From: Epithemia pelagica
Taxonomy: Eukaryota > Protista > Bacillariophyta
Direction: 5' to 3'
DNA length: 64,000 nucleotides
Assembly: GCA_946965045.2 (NCBI GenBank)
Contig: OX337228.1
Span: 5,580,001 to 5,644,000 of the forward strand
Below, piece after piece: positions 60,702 to 64,000 of this stretch. Every line of letters starts with the position of its first letter. The first letter of the stretch is position 1. Below the pieces are notes generated by a model. It was given only the letters and a program-made list of their open reading frames with translations. It made no database searches and was not told the origin of the DNA. Both the position numbers and the translations under genes were made by a program.

Positions 60702-62912
60702 TTATGTCGTGCTTGTCGTCTTGCCCTGACATGAATTGTACACCAGATTCTGTTCCGACCTCGCCAGCAACGGTCCAGTTTCGCTACTGTCCTGGTTACT
60801 TTCAAGAGTTGTGTCACCGGGTCCCGCAGAAATGTCAAGACCCGCCAAATACGTCGTTCCACCATCGGTATTCTTGGTGCTAAAGGAATGGATGCTATGG
60901 TTGCTGCCAAGACGATTATTTGATGGAGGTGGAGAGTCAAGCAATTCCTCAATGTCTTCATCATTATACGAGGCAACATTGTCTTCTCCGTCATGCTGGT
61001 CTCCATGAAAATGAGCAAAACTTTCCAAGTCGGAATCGACAGAGTCTGTCTGCTGGTCGATTTGGGATGGAATGCTCCCGAGACTGACTGCTCTGGAGTC
61101 GGCCATGACGGCAGTTGGAGCACCCGTATTCATCAGTTCTGGACGGAACGGTTCAGGAGCAAAACTTTGGGGCTGGTAAAAGCGATTCAAGTCCGCATGT
61201 GAAGAGGGGACATTGGAGACTTGGTAGTTGTCATCATGGTGCTGTTGTTGTGATGGAAATGCACCAAAATTTTGAGTAGCAGGACCACTGGCGAGCCATC
61301 TTTCATGGGCAGAGTTTCGGTGGTCCAGAGAAGTTGTCATGGCACCTGTCGATGGAGGTTGCGGATATGATCCGTTGTAGGCATGCGGCTGTTGATATGG
61401 GGCATGCAACTTTGTTGGAACATGAAGCGGTGGTGAAGGTTGTGGGGGCTGAGCATGTCGATGCTGCGGAATCCCGTGCGAAGGTGGGGGTCCTCGAGGA
61501 ACCTGGCCTCCGTCTGTTTCTCTGGTGTTGGTGCTTCGACGACTCGAGTCTCGTGATGGTTTCTCTGTAGCTCTTATACCTATTGCTTCACCAAATGAAA
61601 CATTGTGCTTGACGGGGCTTGGTCGTTTGGTTCGGATGCTGCTAGCCTTCTTTTGAACTGGCGAGCTGGCCAGATTCGAGGGCCCATGTTGATCTCCTTC
61701 GGAACTTGTTGTTGTTGTCTTGTGCTCGGAACTGTCTTCAATGCGCTTCCCCGATGTGTCAAAGCCGTCGGAAAATTTGACGAGTGAGTTGGTTCGACCA
61801 CGACCTCGTGGTGGCGCTCCGTTTGGACCAGGAGGCTTTTCATTTGGAACAGTACTTTGATGACTGTCAACCAATAGTACTTCGTTCCTCGACAGGGGGG
61901 AAATACTGCCAGATTCGAAACCCATGGATCGGTAATCGTTCTTTGGATGAATTGGAGAAAGAATGTCCGTGAACGAAGAAGACGTACGCTCCGAAAAGCG
62001 CATAATCAAATCCTCCTGCGAGTAGGACTGTCTTATAGGATCCGTGACGATATGGTCTTGGTATTGTCGACGAATGCTGATATCGCTGTCAAGGACAGCT
62101 CGTGCCTTGGTGAGAAGATTTTGATGAAGCAAATGTGGATGCAAACTGACTTCGTACTCGGGATCAAAAATTCGACGGCTCCCCATGGCTCCTGAATGCA
62201 TAATGATGCGACCAAAGCATGAAAATGCCGTAATGGTATGAATGAACAAGCCAATGGCAAAGAGGAGCAAGACAACCGAGTAAGCTCCCACTGGCAAAAG
62301 AATGAAAAAGAACAAAATCACCCAAAGCAGAAATGCATAAATAGAACTGACAATGAACCGTCCAGGAAGTTCTGCAGCATATTGGCCAATGCTTGATCGG
62401 AGCACACAACGAGCATTTTCCTTATGAATGGCGGACACCATACTCCAGGCGGTAAATGTCGAAATGAGGCTCAAAATGGTGAGAACCGCCGAAAGGATGA
62501 TCAATATTCCAATCCAAAAGGATATTGTATGTTGTTCTTGGTTGGCCAGTGCTTTCCGTACTTGAGTGGTGACTCCGGCCGAATTGAACAAGACGGCAAG
62601 CTCGGTGCTCAAGAGCAGCGACATGAACACCATGGAACTTGCATATCGCTTTGTCATGTGTTCTCTCAAGTCCTCGCCGGACCCAATGCCCCACGCCAAG
62701 TGTCGTCTCCATACGGAAAAGTTGTCGACTGCCACCAAGTATTCACGAGCTTTGACGAGCCCCAAGACGGACGTCCATGTTTGCGTCGAAAAGTCCCGTC
62801 GAGGATCGACACTCGAAGTGCGCTGTTTCAAAGGACGTGGCTTGAACGAGCTTTCTTTCGAACCACGAGCACCCATGATAGCAGTGAGTTTCTTTTCTCC
62901 AAGAGCTCCCAC
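60702..62912 (-). CDS. Hypothetical membrane protein (about 4 TM helices, long disordered tail); true start uncertain
   Basis: 736-codon ORF with a hydrophobic block in the N-terminal third. Confidence 0.65.
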   Translation of the reverse strand: MGALGEKKLTAIMGARGSKESSFKPRPLKQRTSSVDPRRDFSTQTWTSVLGLVKAREYLVAVDNFSVWRRHLAWGIGSGEDLREHMTKRYASSMVFMSLLLSTELAVLFNSAGVTTQVRKALANQEQHTISFWIGILIILSAVLTILSLISTFTAWSMVSAIHKENARCVLRSSIGQYAAELPGRFIVSSIYAFLLWVILFFFILLPVGAYSVVLLLFAIGLFIHTITAFSCFGRIIMHSGAMGSRRIFDPEYEVSLHPHLLHQNLLTKARAVLDSDISIRRQYQDHIVTDPIRQSYSQEDLIMRFSERTSSSFTDILSPIHPKNDYRSMGFESGSISPLSRNEVLLVDSHQSTVPNEKPPGPNGAPPRGRGRTNSLVKFSDGFDTSGKRIEDSSEHKTTTTSSEGDQHGPSNLASSPVQKKASSIRTKRPSPVKHNVSFGEAIGIRATEKPSRDSSRRSTNTRETDGGQVPRGPPPSHGIPQHRHAQPPQPSPPLHVPTKLHAPYQQPHAYNGSYPQPPSTGAMTTSLDHRNSAHERWLASGPATQNFGAFPSQQQHHDDNYQVSNVPSSHADLNRFYQPQSFAPEPFRPELMNTGAPTAVMADSRAVSLGSIPSQIDQQTDSVDSDLESFAHFHGDQHDGEDNVASYNDEDIEELLDSPPPSNNRLGSNHSIHSFSTKNTDGGTTYLAGLDISAGPGDTTLESNQDSSETGPLLARSEQNLVYNSCQGKTTSTT

Positions 62913-63629
62913 CGACAGAAGAAATAGTTGTCCCAGTTGTTGTTGTCTCCAGAGAGTGCCGGATTCCTTGAGTGCCGATCGCAGCCCGTGGATACAAAAG
63001 AATTCAACTTGAGGCAGGAATTCTCACTGTCAAGTTAAATTTGTAGCGAAATGGATCTCTTGGTTATCATGCGTTTCTTTGGGAGCTTCCTCGATCTGGT
63101 TTCACTTCAAGAACTTGTTCAAAGAGAGAGGGTTTAGTCAGGTCGGCACACCATGGGAAAAAGAGAGAATGTTTGGCTGTCCACGTGATCAATCGTGGTT
63201 TCTAGGTAATAGGTTGTATTCCTCCCTCCAGAGATTCGATAATCGTAAAAACCAAGTTGTGGATGAGAAAGGACGCGAGAAACAAAGCGCGTCCATCTCT
63301 CTCTGTGTACCACACTCCGCTTTGTAAGTATCCTTCCGTTAGGATGAGGTTGTCCGCGCCGGTGAACCCAGCAAATCATGTGCATGTCCAATTACAAAAT
63401 AATATTGTAGCTTCGTTCGGGGCCAGGATTCAAAAGCGATCGCAACGCGACTAAAGGTGCGGATATTCTGGCGGGGCTTCTTCCGATCCATTGATTTTTG
63501 TTTTCTTGTTGGACTCTATTGCCATTGCCACCATCCTCTAGTAGAGAGATCCAGATCCAGACGTTGCACTCCTTTTTCCATTAAACCTGCGCTCTTTATC
63601 TTTGCCGCGTTGAGAAAAGAAAAACTACA

Positions 63630-64000
63630 ATGTCCGAGAAAGCATTTCCATTAGCAGATGCTGAGTTGACGGTTGCCCTGTTGGATCTGGTCCAACAGGC
63701 CGTCAACTACAAACAAACGAAAAAGGGTGCGAATGAGGCGACCAAAACATTGAACCGGGGAATCAGTGAACTCATCGTCATGGCAGCCGATGCCGAACCC
63801 ATTGAAATCTTGTTGCATCTTCCGCTCTTGTGCGAAGATAAGAATGTTCCCTATGTATTTGTTCCCAGGTAATTCTAGCACAACGAAATGTTCCCTGTTG
63901 CCGCCAAGTGGCCTTTTCTTACCCTTTGTCTGTCTTGGTTTCTGTATATCGTCTATCAGCAAGATCGCATTGGGACGAGCCTGTGGAGTTTCTCGGCCCG
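63630..64000 (+). CDS. SNU13: Snu13/15.5K K-turn-binding protein; runs off the window end
   Basis: [43 protein letters not shown], then an intron, then [14 protein letters not shown]. Confidence 0.93.

Overview
Eukaryotic, intron-containing DNA with diatom hallmarks: a TPI-GAPDH fusion with a mitochondrial presequence head-to-head with cytosolic GapC2, a fucoxanthin-type LHC, and a CoDi-type Copia element. The first 18.7 kb is a transposon cluster. It holds (i) an apparently intact piggyBac element (TTAA duplication, 12-bp TIRs, subterminal hairpins) carrying a second, convergent, spliced gene that resembles KolX / the P2X7 C-terminal domain; (ii) a Copia LTR retrotransposon with one in-frame stop between gag and pol, a chromo-like segment and a putative TA...TA LTR; and (iii) a frameshifted SET + 2OG-Fe(II) oxygenase fusion gene directly downstream of a frameshifted IS630/Tc1/mariner-type transposase. 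The remaining 45 kb is compact housekeeping sequence (FKBP12, SAE1, DLAT, uL23m, PIP5K, XPD, PGK, PGM, UTP15, RPN8, LHC, GAPDHs, SNU13). It is interrupted by a 2.3-kb nuclease-kinase insertion between ~78-bp direct repeats and a degenerate tRNA-like element. All family assignments come from motif recognition by eye; no searches were run.
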